NCBI GenBank assembly: GCA_035628505.1
Contig: DASPJR010000158.1
Location: 20,183 to 84,182 of the forward strand
DNA from: Planctomycetota bacterium
Lineage (GTDB): Bacteria; Planctomycetota; SZUA-567; H5-PLA8
Length of the DNA stretch: 64,000 nucleotides
Direction: 5' to 3'
Both the position numbers and the translations under genes were made by a program. Positions 49,626 through 59,102 of the stretch are shown here, one piece after another. Position 1 is the stretch's first letter. Every line of letters starts with the position of its first letter. The notes under the pieces are model-generated. The model was not told the DNA's origin. It did no database searches and saw only the letters and a list, made by a program, of their open reading frames with translations.

Positions 49626-52061
49626 GTGACCTCGATGCTTTCATCATCCGAGACTGCGTCGCCACCGGTATCCCGGCGGCACGACCTGATCATTCGTCCA
49701 GTGGGCGAGAGCGGCGAGTGCGTCGTCAAGGATCCCGCGAGCGCCAGTTATTACCAGCTCGGCGCAGAAGAAGCGTTTCTGCTGAGCGCGCTCGATGGAA
49801 CCCGAAACGGCACGCTCATCTGCGATTCCTATCAGCAGCGCTTTAACAAGGCGCTGACCGAGTCGGAGCTCCAGGAATTTATTGATTACGCCCGCGCCGT
49901 TGGCTTCGTTGGACCGCTGAAACAGGCACCGGATGGATCGTCGCAGGCTCAGGCTGAGCCGGCTCAGCCGCAAAACAGTCTTAACAGCCGTCAGAGCATT
50001 CTTTACTGGCGGATGCGTTTATTCAGTCCTGACGCATTGCTGAACCGGCTCGAGCCTGGGCTGCGATTTCTCTTTACGCCCGCGCTGGTGATGTTCCTCA
50101 CTGCAGCGGGTCTTTTCTCAGCAGGCATCGTCTGGTTCAACCGTGCTGAGCTCATTTCACAGTTTGCCGATGCTCTTCGTCCTCGGACGCTCTTCCTGGC
50201 CTGGCTGTGCATCGCCAGTGTGACGCTGATACATGAATTTGCTCATGGTCTTGCGTGCAAGCGATTCGGCGGCAGGGTTTCAGAAATCGGCTTCCTGCTG
50301 ATGTTCCTGATGCCCTGTTTTTACTGCAATGTGTCCGACGCGTGGCTGTTTCGCGAGCGCTACAAGCGCGTCTGGGTCACACTGGCCGGGCCCTGCTGCG
50401 ACGTGCTGCTCTGGTCGGCGGCAGTGCTGATCTGGCGCGTGTCGATGCTCGACAGCCTTCTTAATTACCTGGCCTGGATCACATTGTCCGTGCTGGGCGT
50501 GCGCATTCTGCTGAATTTCAATCCGTTGATGCGGCTGGACGGCTACTACCTGCTGAGCGATTGCGCCGGTGTGACAAATCTGCAGCAGACGTCGTGGGAG
50601 TATGTGCGCGCACATCTGCGCTGGGCGCTGTTTGGATGCCCCTTCCCCGGCCGCCTGCCGCGCTCTACGTTTCTGCTGATCTACGGAACGTTGAGCTGGT
50701 GGTACGCCTTCATAATGCTCGGCACGATTGCTTATTTCTTAACCTGCGCGGCTGCGGCGAAGCTGGGCGTCTTTGGAATTCTCCTGGGCGCCGGATTTGG
50801 TGTGGTTCTGCTGCGCGGAATTTTTCGTGGTTTCTGGACGGAGGAGGCACGCATGAGCCTGGGTATGCGGCGGTTGCTGTTCTGGAGCGCGGTGCTGTGC
50901 AGCATTGTTGCCGCGCTGGTCTTCATCAAGATGGACGACACGGTTACGGCGAACATGCTGATCCGCGCCACGCGTCGCGCTGAAGTGCGTGCGAGCGCCG
51001 CCGGCTTCCTGCGCGAAGTACACGTCAGCGACGGAGACCGTGTCAATGCAAAGGCGCGGATCGCGCGCATCGAAATTCCTGATCTGCAGAGCCGCTTGAA
51101 TCAGAAACGGCTTGAAATCGAGGAGCTCGAAGCCCGCCAGCGCCTGCTTTCAGCGGGCGTACGCCAGGAAGAGATTAAAGAAGCGCGCGAACGCATCAAG
51201 CGCTCAGAAGCGTGGCTTGAGGTCGCAAAGGCCGCACTGAAGCAGCGCAAGCTGGCGCTGGATGCCGAGCTCACCGAGCTCGACTGGCGCATCCGGCAGT
51301 TCAAGATTGAAGTTCAAGGCGCCGAGGAAACGTTCACGCAGACGACGGCGCTGCTGGCCAAGGGCGCCATTTCGCAGCAGGAACACAACGACCGCCAGCG
51401 CAAACTGCAGGTTTTGCAGACGCAGCTCGAACAAATTCAGGCGCAGCGCGCGGCACGGCAGGCAGCGGGCACTCAGGAAAAGGAAGATGAAATCGCACGC
51501 CGCGAGCTTGAAGTGAGCGAAGCGCGCGGGCGGCTGGCCCTGCTGCAGGCGGGAACCCGCGTGGAAGAGCTTGAAGCCATCCACGCGCAGATTGCGCGAC
51601 TGAGGGAGGAACACTGTTTCCTCGAAATTCAGCAACAACGGCTGAATGTTGAGTCGCCTGTTGGCGGACTTGTCGCCACGCCGCATCTGGCGCAGAAAAT
51701 CGGCCAGTACGTCCGCGAAGGCGAAGTCATCTGTGAAGTTGAGGACCCGCGCGATCTGAACGCCGAGCTGGTACTCAGCGAGCAGGATGCTTCACTGGTC
51801 GGGCGGGAGCGCATGGTCAGCCTTTATCCGCGCGTGATGCCGATGGTGGCGCTCAGCGCCAGCGTCGAACGCCTGGCAACGCGCGTCGTTCCCGGCCAGG
51901 CGCAGGGCTCGCTCACGGTGTACTGCCAGCTTAAAGAGTTCGCTCCCGAACTGCGTCCCGGGATGACTGGCCACGCGCGGATCCATTGCGGCCGCAAGCC
52001 CCTGGGTCAGATTCTGTACGAGCGCCTGGTCCGTTCAATCCGCACCGAGTTCTGGTGGTGA
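49626..52061 (+). CDS. PqqD/RRE-like + M50 metalloprotease + HlyD-type adaptor fusion protein
   Basis: N-terminus VVKDP.S.SYYQLG.EE.FLL..LDG...F; HEFAH zinc motif, AGP and NFNPLMRLDGYY; then a TM helix, lipoyl-like VRAS.AGFL.EV.V.DGD.V, a long coiled coil, VESPVGG and a beta-barrel LRPGMTG.A.I. Confidence 0.88.
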   Translation: MTSMLSSSETASPPVSRRHDLIIRPVGESGECVVKDPASASYYQLGAEEAFLLSALDGTRNGTLICDSYQQRFNKALTESELQEFIDYARAVGFVGPLKQAPDGSSQAQAEPAQPQNSLNSRQSILYWRMRLFSPDALLNRLEPGLRFLFTPALVMFLTAAGLFSAGIVWFNRAELISQFADALRPRTLFLAWLCIASVTLIHEFAHGLACKRFGGRVSEIGFLLMFLMPCFYCNVSDAWLFRERYKRVWVTLAGPCCDVLLWSAAVLIWRVSMLDSLLNYLAWITLSVLGVRILLNFNPLMRLDGYYLLSDCAGVTNLQQTSWEYVRAHLRWALFGCPFPGRLPRSTFLLIYGTLSWWYAFIMLGTIAYFLTCAAAAKLGVFGILLGAGFGVVLLRGIFRGFWTEEARMSLGMRRLLFWSAVLCSIVAALVFIKMDDTVTANMLIRATRRAEVRASAAGFLREVHVSDGDRVNAKARIARIEIPDLQSRLNQKRLEIEELEARQRLLSAGVRQEEIKEARERIKRSEAWLEVAKAALKQRKLALDAELTELDWRIRQFKIEVQGAEETFTQTTALLAKGAISQQEHNDRQRKLQVLQTQLEQIQAQRAARQAAGTQEKEDEIARRELEVSEARGRLALLQAGTRVEELEAIHAQIARLREEHCFLEIQQQRLNVESPVGGLVATPHLAQKIGQYVREGEVICEVEDPRDLNAELVLSEQDASLVGRERMVSLYPRVMPMVALSASVERLATRVVPGQAQGSLTVYCQLKEFAPELRPGMTGHARIHCGRKPLGQILYERLVRSIRTEFWW

Positions 52062-52064
52062 AAA

Positions 52065-53102
52065 TCACTGCGGCGCAAGCCATTTTACGAACCAGGCTAT
52101 CGCGGCTTTTATCTGATCGGGATTGACTGTGTGTCCGGTCTTCTCCTGGATCGTCAGCACAAAGCGATCGTCGGCGTTGGCTGCTTTGTAAGCGGCTTTC
52201 GCGGCTTCTGCGGCTTCCAGAATGCCGGGGACGGGGGTGTTTTTGTCGGTGTCGCCGTTAATGACCATCAGCGGCCGGGGCGCGATGCACGCCAGCATCG
52301 ACGGGCCATCAAAGGTGCTGTAAATCCTCGGCAGGAGTTTGTCGTAAAACTTCCTCGCGAACTCGACATTGATTTCCGAGCCCTCGTCTTTCGCGATGGC
52401 ATTGATCGCCTTCTGAACGGTGCCGATGCGCGCTTTCCAGCCGCCGTTCTCCAGGCCCCATTTAAAGCTCTGAACGCCAATGCACGGCACCGCTACGGCG
52501 ATACGCGCATCGACGCCGGAAAGCAGGAAGGTCTCAATGCCTCCTTTGGAAAATCCCATGATGCCGATACGTTTTGCGTCCACATCGGGGCGTGTTTCGA
52601 GGTAATCGATGAGCCGCATCAAATCCCACACGGTGTCGTAGTACAACGGATGCCCTTTGCCGCTCATGTACGCCCGGTGAATGGCTTCACAGTATTCAAC
52701 ATCGCCACTCCCGGCCTTGCAGCGTTCACCGTGGTACCGCCCGTCGATGGCGACACCGATGAATCCGGCGGCGCAGAACTGCTTGAGCAATCCTTTTTGC
52801 TGATTCTTCGTTCCGCTTGTACCGTGGCAGACGATGACGACCGGCCGCTTCTCTGCACCGCCGCTTTTCTTCAGCAGAATTCCAGGCACGCGCGAATCCG
52901 CATCTGATGCGTACGTGAACCGAGTCACAGCGTAATCACCTTCCGCCGGCTGTTCGCTAAGTTCCGGAGCCAGCGGCACACGCGGACGATCCACGATTTT
53001 CAGGAATGCCGCGCGAGTGGCCTCGGTATCGGCGGCCTGAGCGAGCCAGGCTGTGCCTGCGAGCAAGGCTGCAAGAAAATAGTTAAAGCGCGGACGAATC
53101 AT
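52065..53102 (-). CDS. Secreted alpha/beta hydrolase (acetyl xylan esterase / dienelactone hydrolase-like)
   Basis: Signal peptide, CHG, nucleophile elbow GFSKGG, APRPLM.ING..D and GH. Confidence 0.85.
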   Translation of the reverse strand: MIRPRFNYFLAALLAGTAWLAQAADTEATRAAFLKIVDRPRVPLAPELSEQPAEGDYAVTRFTYASDADSRVPGILLKKSGGAEKRPVVIVCHGTSGTKNQQKGLLKQFCAAGFIGVAIDGRYHGERCKAGSGDVEYCEAIHRAYMSGKGHPLYYDTVWDLMRLIDYLETRPDVDAKRIGIMGFSKGGIETFLLSGVDARIAVAVPCIGVQSFKWGLENGGWKARIGTVQKAINAIAKDEGSEINVEFARKFYDKLLPRIYSTFDGPSMLACIAPRPLMVINGDTDKNTPVPGILEAAEAAKAAYKAANADDRFVLTIQEKTGHTVNPDQIKAAIAWFVKWLAPQ

Positions 53103-53409
53103 GGCGGCTCCTGGGTTAGCAATTCATTCATTACACCGCGCACAGGCTTACTTGATTTAAGAACGGCTTTAAGTTCAGAAATGAAGTTCTCTCTAGTGCT
53201 CCCGAATCCTTGCAGACTGCTGCGAAGGCAGGTGTTCTTTTTCATTGCCAGATTGGGAAGACGATTCTTTGGCAGGCGTTAAGCGGATTACTCTCTTCGC
53301 CAGCGCCTCTGGCTTGCTTCTTGCCTGATGGCTGCTGCACGACTGTCCCGTCGACTCGTGCGCCTGTGCTAGTTGCGAATGGTCAGACACTGGAACTGGA
53401 GAGTTTCTT

Positions 53410-54528
53410 GTGACAACGGAGGAAAAACTCCACGGCCCTGGTTCTACTTTTTGCCTGCCGGGAACAGGTGAATTCGGTCCGGCCCTGAAAGAAAGCGATG
53501 AAGGCAGTTCGCTACCCTTCGTCTCTGTCATCCTGCCAACGTGGTGCGAAGAAAAGTACATCGACAACTGCCTGCGATCCGTTTTGCACCAGAATTACCC
53601 GATTTTCCGCATGGAAATTCTCGTGGTGGATGGCATGAGCACCGATCGTACCCGCGATATTGTGCGCACGGTCGCTGCCGAGTTCCCGCAGGTGCGCCTG
53701 CTCGATAACCCCGAGCGTCTGCAGTCCTATGGACTCAATCGCGCCATCCAGGCGTCGCGCGGCACCATCATCATCCGCATGGACGCACATAGCGAATACG
53801 GCCCCGATTACATCCGCACCTGCGTTGATACCCTGCGCCGCACCGGCGCCGATAACGTCGGCGGACCGCAGCGCCCGAAGGCCCGGACGTTTTTTCAGCG
53901 CATGATCGCGCACGCGTTGGGCAGCCGGCTTGGAACAGGCGGCGCGCCCTGCCGCCACGAGGGCCAGGACGGCTACGTGGATACGGTGTTTCCCGGCGCG
54001 TTCCGGCGCCAGGCGCTGCAGCGCGTGGGCCTCTTCGATCCGGGCGCGATCACCAACGAAGATGCCGAGATCAACCAGCGCATCATCGCCAGCGGCGGCA
54101 AAGTCTATTTGAGTTCGCAGATCGAATGCTACTACTACCCGCGTGAGAGCGTGCGCTCGCTGGCGATTCAGTATTTCCGCTACGGCCGCGGCCGCGCGCG
54201 AACGGTGCTCAAGCATGGACAGGTTCTGCGGCTCAGTTCGTTCCTGCCCTTCCTCTTCTTCTCGTCGATTCTTGGAATGGCGGCGCTCAGCACGCTGCTG
54301 CCCCAGGCTATCATGGGTGCGCTTGCGCTGGGGGGATTCTATCTTTCGTGCCTGATCGCCGAGAGCGTGCGGCTGGCGCTCAAGACTGAATGGCGGTGTG
54401 CGTTCGTGCTTCCGGTTGTGTTCGCCACGATGCACTTCTCGCACGCAGTGGGGGTCGGCTGGGGCGTGCTTTATTACAGCCATAATCCCGACTGGACGCA
54501 CACGTCTCCGCCGCTGCTGCAGCAGTAA
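53410..54528 (+). CDS. GT2 family glycosyltransferase (ExoA-like) with C-terminal TMs
   Basis: VSVILP, VVDGMSTD.T, RMDAH, NEDAE.N.R and QYFRYG.GR. Confidence 0.9.
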   Translation: MTTEEKLHGPGSTFCLPGTGEFGPALKESDEGSSLPFVSVILPTWCEEKYIDNCLRSVLHQNYPIFRMEILVVDGMSTDRTRDIVRTVAAEFPQVRLLDNPERLQSYGLNRAIQASRGTIIIRMDAHSEYGPDYIRTCVDTLRRTGADNVGGPQRPKARTFFQRMIAHALGSRLGTGGAPCRHEGQDGYVDTVFPGAFRRQALQRVGLFDPGAITNEDAEINQRIIASGGKVYLSSQIECYYYPRESVRSLAIQYFRYGRGRARTVLKHGQVLRLSSFLPFLFFSSILGMAALSTLLPQAIMGALALGGFYLSCLIAESVRLALKTEWRCAFVLPVVFATMHFSHAVGVGWGVLYYSHNPDWTHTSPPLLQQ

Positions 54529-54529
54529 T

Positions 54530-54663
54530 GAGTCATGAGTCTTGAGTCTTGAGTCTTGAGTCTTGAGTCGGGAGTCGGGAGTCGAGAGTCGGGAGTCCTA
54601 TAGCGAGGGCTCAAGTCATAATGCTGGCAGACTCCAGACTCCAGACTCAAGACTCCAGACTAC
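54530..54663. repeat. Inverted heptamer arrays: (GAGTCNN)x10, ~29-bp spacer, (AGACTCC)x5
   Basis: 54530-54599 has ten GAGTC(TT/GG) units; 54629-54663 has five reverse-complement units. Confidence 0.92.
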
Positions 54664-54735
54664 TCTGGCACGTGATTCGATAAACAAGCAGCGGCCTGTG
54701 TGGTAGCAACCTCAACGATTGGACGCCTTCACCTT

Positions 54736-56025
54736 ATGACCAGCCCACTAACCAGCCAGCATCCCTCGCAGCGCAAGATCCGCAGTTCGGTTGCGCGGCG
54801 GGAGCGGCTGAAGATCCTGATGACGCGCGTGCGCCTGCTGTATCCGCTCAATACCGGCGGGAAGATCCGCACCGCGAAAATGATCGAGCAGCTCAGCAAG
54901 GACAACGATCTGACGCTGGTCACCTACCGTTACCCCGAAGACACCGACGAGGATGTCGCACAGACGGCCAAGCTGTGCAAGCATCTTGTAACCGTCCCCT
55001 GCAAAGAGACGCCGAAATACACACCCCGCTTTTATTATGAACTGGGCCGCAACCTCTTTGAGCGGCTGCCTTATGTGGTCAGCAAGTATGCCAGCCGCGA
55101 GCTCGCTGAGACCGTTGCCGGCGTCTACAAGGCCCAGAACCCTGATCTGGTCATGGTCGATTTCCTGCAGGCCTGTGAATCGATCCGGCGCCTGAAAAAC
55201 GTTCCCTTCGTGCTGTTCCAGCACAATGTCGAGGCCGCTATTTTTGAGCAGCTGGCCGCCCGCGCTAATTCCTTCTTCGAGCGGCTTTACCTGAATCTGC
55301 AGGCGCGCCGCATGCGCCGCTACGAAAAGAGAATGTGCCGCAGGGCCCACACGGTTATCGCCGTCTCGGACGTGGACAGCCGCGCCTTTGAAACGCATTA
55401 CGGCGCACGCAACTGCGAAGTCGTCCCGACCGGCGTGGACACCAATTTCTTCCTGCCCTCCTCTTCACTGCGGCGTCTGAACAACCTCGTCTTCACCGGC
55501 TCAATGGACTGGCTGGCCAACCAGGACGCCATGCAGTATTTCGTGCGCGATATCTTCCCGCTGATCCGGCAGGAAATCCCGAACGTGATGCTCAGCATCG
55601 TCGGCCGCAATCCGCCGCCCGATATCCAGAAACTGGGCGAGCAGCCCGGCATCGCGGTCACCGGCACCGTGGACGACATCCGCCCGTACGTTCATGGCGC
55701 CAAGGTGTACATCGTCCCGCTGCGCATCGGCAGCGGCACGCGGCTGAAGCTGCTCGAAGCGATGTCCATGGGCAAAGCGATCGTCAGCACGACCATCGGC
55801 GCCGAGGGGCTGCCGGTGGAGCACGGTAAGAACATCGTCCTGGCCGATGATGCCAACGCGTTTGCGCAGGAAGTCGTGGGTCTGCTGCGCGATACGGAGC
55901 GGCGGGAGATGCTCGAAGAGAACGCGCGCACACTGGTTGAGCGCAGTTATTCCTGGGAGCACGTCGGCCGCGTCTTCAATGACATCTGCCACCGCGCGGC
56001 CAGGAGCATGCAGAGCCGCCGGTGA
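54736..56025 (+). CDS. GT4 family glycosyltransferase
   Basis: KIL....LYP...GGKIR, FTGSMDW.AN.DA, VPLRIGSGTRLKLLEAM..G.AIVST..GAEG. Confidence 0.9.
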   Translation: MTSPLTSQHPSQRKIRSSVARRERLKILMTRVRLLYPLNTGGKIRTAKMIEQLSKDNDLTLVTYRYPEDTDEDVAQTAKLCKHLVTVPCKETPKYTPRFYYELGRNLFERLPYVVSKYASRELAETVAGVYKAQNPDLVMVDFLQACESIRRLKNVPFVLFQHNVEAAIFEQLAARANSFFERLYLNLQARRMRRYEKRMCRRAHTVIAVSDVDSRAFETHYGARNCEVVPTGVDTNFFLPSSSLRRLNNLVFTGSMDWLANQDAMQYFVRDIFPLIRQEIPNVMLSIVGRNPPPDIQKLGEQPGIAVTGTVDDIRPYVHGAKVYIVPLRIGSGTRLKLLEAMSMGKAIVSTTIGAEGLPVEHGKNIVLADDANAFAQEVVGLLRDTERREMLEENARTLVERSYSWEHVGRVFNDICHRAARSMQSRR

Positions 56026-56109
56026 TATTGCCGGAGGTATGCTGACCAAAGCGGAGGCGGGCCAGGCCGCCCCCGCCGAATCATCTTCATTCTTCAACGA
56101 GGGGAACGC

Positions 56110-57423
56110 ATGAATATTGCCGTCTGTGGTCTGGGGTATGTCGGTTCTGTCACCGCCGTCTGCATGGCGCGCGCAGGACACAATGTCATCGGCGTCGATG
56201 TCAACGAAGAGAAGGCGCGCATGATGCGCGAAGGCGTGCCGCCGGTGATCGAGGAAGGGCTTGCGCCGCTGCTGCAGGAGATGGTTCTCGAAGGACGCCT
56301 GGCCGCCACGACGGATTTGAAACTCGCGCTGCAGCAGGCTGATGTAACGCTCGTCTGCGTCGGCACGCCCAGCCGCACGAACGGCAGCCTCGACACAGCC
56401 GCGCTTGAACGTGTCTGCGAGGACCTCGGCCGCGCGCTGCGCCACAGCCCCAAGCCGCACACGATCATCATGCGCAGCACGGTGCTGCCCGGCACGTGCC
56501 GCAATCTGCTGATTCCCATCATCGAAGAGACCGCCGGCAAGGCGTGCGATGACAGCCTGGGCGTCGTCTACAATCCTGAATTCATGCGCGAAGGCACGTC
56601 GGTCAAGGATTTCTACACGCCGCCGTTCACGATCATCGGCCGCGACAGCGAACATCACGGCTCGGTTGCCGCCGCGCTCTATGCCAGCATCGAAGCACCT
56701 CTGGAACGGACCAGCATCGAAGCCTCGGAGATGCTCAAGTACGCCTGCAATGCGTTCCACGCGATGAAGATCAGCTTCGCCAACGAAATCGGCGTGTTCG
56801 CTTCGGAACACGGCATCGATGGACGCGAGGTAATGCGCATGCTGTGCCTCGACAAGAAGCTGAACATCTCGCCCAGTTACCTTAAACCGGGCTTTGCCTT
56901 CGGTGGTTCGTGTCTGCCCAAGGATCTGCGCGCGCTACTTTACCGCGCCAAGCAGGCAGACCTGCGCCTCCCGGTCCTCGACGCGATCCTGCAGAGCAAC
57001 ACACAGCACCTGAGACGCGGTATTGAACTGATCAAGCAGACCGGCAAGACGAAGATCGGCATGCTCGGCCTGACCTTCAAGAGCGGCACCGACGACCTGC
57101 GCGAAAGCCCGTATGTCGATCTCGCTGAAACGCTGCTCGGCAAAGGCTACAAGCTCCGCATCCACGACGACAATGTGGAGACCGCACGGCTGGTTGGCGC
57201 AAACGCGGCTTACATCAACAATCATCTGCCTCACCTGACCAGCCTGCTGGGCTCGATTGAGGATGTGATGAATCACGCCGAAGTGATCGTTGTCTGCAAC
57301 GGCGATCCGCAGTACGCCACGGCCATCCGCCACCGCCGCTCGGGCCAGCAGGTCATCGATCTGATCGGCGTGCCGCAGGTGGACAACACACGCTCCCGCC
57401 GCGTGGTGGGCATCGCGTGGTAG
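56110..57423 (+). CDS. Nucleotide-sugar dehydrogenase (UDP-glucose / GDP-mannose 6-dehydrogenase family)
   Basis: GLGYVG, CVGTP, STVLPGT, NPEFMREG, KYACN, GGSCLPKD and DDLRESP. Confidence 0.93.
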   Translation: MNIAVCGLGYVGSVTAVCMARAGHNVIGVDVNEEKARMMREGVPPVIEEGLAPLLQEMVLEGRLAATTDLKLALQQADVTLVCVGTPSRTNGSLDTAALERVCEDLGRALRHSPKPHTIIMRSTVLPGTCRNLLIPIIEETAGKACDDSLGVVYNPEFMREGTSVKDFYTPPFTIIGRDSEHHGSVAAALYASIEAPLERTSIEASEMLKYACNAFHAMKISFANEIGVFASEHGIDGREVMRMLCLDKKLNISPSYLKPGFAFGGSCLPKDLRALLYRAKQADLRLPVLDAILQSNTQHLRRGIELIKQTGKTKIGMLGLTFKSGTDDLRESPYVDLAETLLGKGYKLRIHDDNVETARLVGANAAYINNHLPHLTSLLGSIEDVMNHAEVIVVCNGDPQYATAIRHRRSGQQVIDLIGVPQVDNTRSRRVVGIAW

Positions 57424-57433
57424 CAAGGTAGTC

Positions 57434-57489
57434 GGGCCTCCTGCCTGCGAGTGGCCCGTTAGAAACGGCTACTCGCAGGCGGAAGGCCC
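57434..57489. repeat. Long imperfect palindrome (REP-like or bidirectional terminator) after the dehydrogenase
   Basis: GGGCCT..GCCTGCGAGTGGCC...GGCTACTCGCAGGC..AGGCCC, preceded by GTAG. Confidence 0.55.
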
Positions 57490-57640
57490 AGGCGGTAGCC
57501 GTCAATTGCACGTGTGAATTTTTACGAACAAACTTGGAATCTTTGGCGCCAGAATGACTTTCGCAAACGGAAAAGTTTTTTTGTAAATCTGAGTCGCAAA
57601 TCACATTTCTCAAGCATCTCAGTATAAGTGAGAGAGGCCT

Positions 57641-57686
57641 GCGCTCGCCCGTAGGTAACGTGGCGGGCGCGGGACGCCCGCGCTCC
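57641..57686. repeat. REP-like GC palindromes downstream of selD
   Basis: GCGCTCGCC..GGCGGGCGC overlapping GCGGGCGCGGGACGCCCGCGCTCC. Confidence 0.45.
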
Positions 57687-57691
57687 ATATA

Positions 57692-58765
57692 CTACCGAAC
57701 TTTCAGCAACGCCGCTCCACGCATTTCGACATGTCCGACTTCGGCGGCGACGCTGGTCTTGTTCTTCTTGAGTTCCGCCACGAGCGCGTCGGCTTTCTCA
57801 GGCGAAACAGAGATCAGCAGGCCGCCGGACGTTTCCGCGTCGTAGATGACGCGGTGGATACGTTCGTCGAAGTTGGGCGCCAGTTCGACAAGGCCATCCA
57901 TTAACTCCTGATTGGCCTTATACGCGCCGGAGCTCATCTTCTGCGCGGCGAAATCGAGCGCGCCTTCAAAGACCGGCAGCTTCGTTGAGTCAAACACGAG
58001 CGTGACGTTGCTGGCGAGCGCGACGTTGCGGGCGTGCCCGAGCAGTCCGAAACCGGTGATGTCGGTCGCGGCAGTAACGCCCTTCTCTTCAGGCTTTCTC
58101 ACGATGCCGACCGCGCGCATCGCCGCAGCGGCGCCCTTATTCAGCGCGGCCATCTGCAGCACGGCTCCGTGCATCTGCGCCTCGGACGCAGCGCGCTTGC
58201 GGTAGGCGGTGGTCATCGTGCCCATGCCCAGCGGCTTTGTCAGGAATAAGCGATCGCCCGGACGCGCGCCATCATTTGAGGTGACGCGGTCGGGGTGAAT
58301 CGTTCCCGTGACAGCGAGGCCGAATTTGATCTCCGGGTCGCGCACCGAATGTCCGCCGACAATCGTGCAGCCGGCTTCAGCGCATTTCTCGCCGCCGCCG
58401 CGCAGGATCTCGCCGAGCACGTCGAGCTCGAGTTCCTTGTGTGGAAAACACACGAGACTGAGCGCCGTGAGCGGCTCGCCGCCCATCGCATACACGTCGC
58501 TCAGCGAATTGGCCGCAGCGACCTGGCCGAAGAGGTAGGGATCGTCGACGACGGGCGGAAAGAAATCGATGGTCTGCACCAGCGCCAGATCGGGTGTGAG
58601 ACGAAACACCCCGGCGTCGTCGAAGGTCGCATGCCCGACCAGCAGACGCTCATCTTTGATTTCCGGAAGCTTGCGCAGAACCTGCGCGAGGTCTTTCGAC
58701 GGAATCTTGGCCGCTCACCCTGCACAGCTGGCGTAATCGGTGAGACGCTTCTTGTCGACGCTCAT
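57692..58765 (-). CDS. selD: Selenide, water dikinase (selenophosphate synthetase), predicted selenoprotein with UGA at codon 17
   Basis: ATG at 58765 with GGAG RBS reads MSVDKKRLTDYASCAG(TGA 58715-58717)AAKIP...DDAGV and continues in frame into the ORF-track product (QTIDFFPPVVDDPY.FG..AAAN, TDITGFGLLGH, DAETSGGLL). Confidence 0.95.
58673..58687 (-). promoter_or_regulatory. Candidate bacterial SECIS hairpin in selD
   Basis: GCGCAG-GUU-CUGCGC stem-loop with G at the first loop position, 33 nt after the UGA. Confidence 0.6.
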
Positions 58766-58788
58766 CAAGTTGCTCCATTCATCCTGTT

Positions 58789-59102
58789 TCACGTGCGCTT
58801 TTTCCCGCGCCCCTTACGTCCTTCGCGGCGCAGTTTCCGCGCACAATGCACTACCGCTTTGATTGTAACGACATTGCCGTCAAGCGTGAAGATGATTCGA
58901 TAGTTTGAAACAATCAATTGCCGGTACTCTGACGATTTGAACTCCGGAAGCTGATGTCCAATCGAAGGAAAGTCATGAAGCTGCTTGACTTCGAGACGCG
59001 ATCAAAGAATCGCAAGGCATTGATGTGGGAATGATCGGAAATGTACCGTACAGCGTTGTTCAACTGCTCTTGCGCCGTCGCGGTCCAGACGATTCTAGCC
59101 AA
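58789..59102 (-). pseudogene. ParE/RelE-family toxin, frameshifted
   Basis: Frame A: MARIVWTATAQEQL...ALRFFDRV. After about 58995 another frame gives LEVKQLHDFPSIGHQLPEFKSSEYRQLIVSNYRIIFTLDGNVVTIKAVVHCARKL...*. Confidence 0.8.

Noticed and set aside
53512-56811. Long minus-strand ORFs 53512-54501 and 55501-56811
   Set aside because: Antisense shadows of the glycosyltransferase and dehydrogenase genes.
49269-57423. Assignment to a known RiPP class (glycocin, lanthipeptide, ranthipeptide)
   Set aside because: There is no radical SAM, LanM, YcaO or C39-ABC gene, and the glycosyltransferases look like ordinary envelope enzymes; kept only as a hypothesis.
57692-58609. ORF-track 305-aa SelD starting at 58609
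   Set aside because: It lacks the N-terminal catalytic motif; the frame extends through the UGA to the ATG at 58765.
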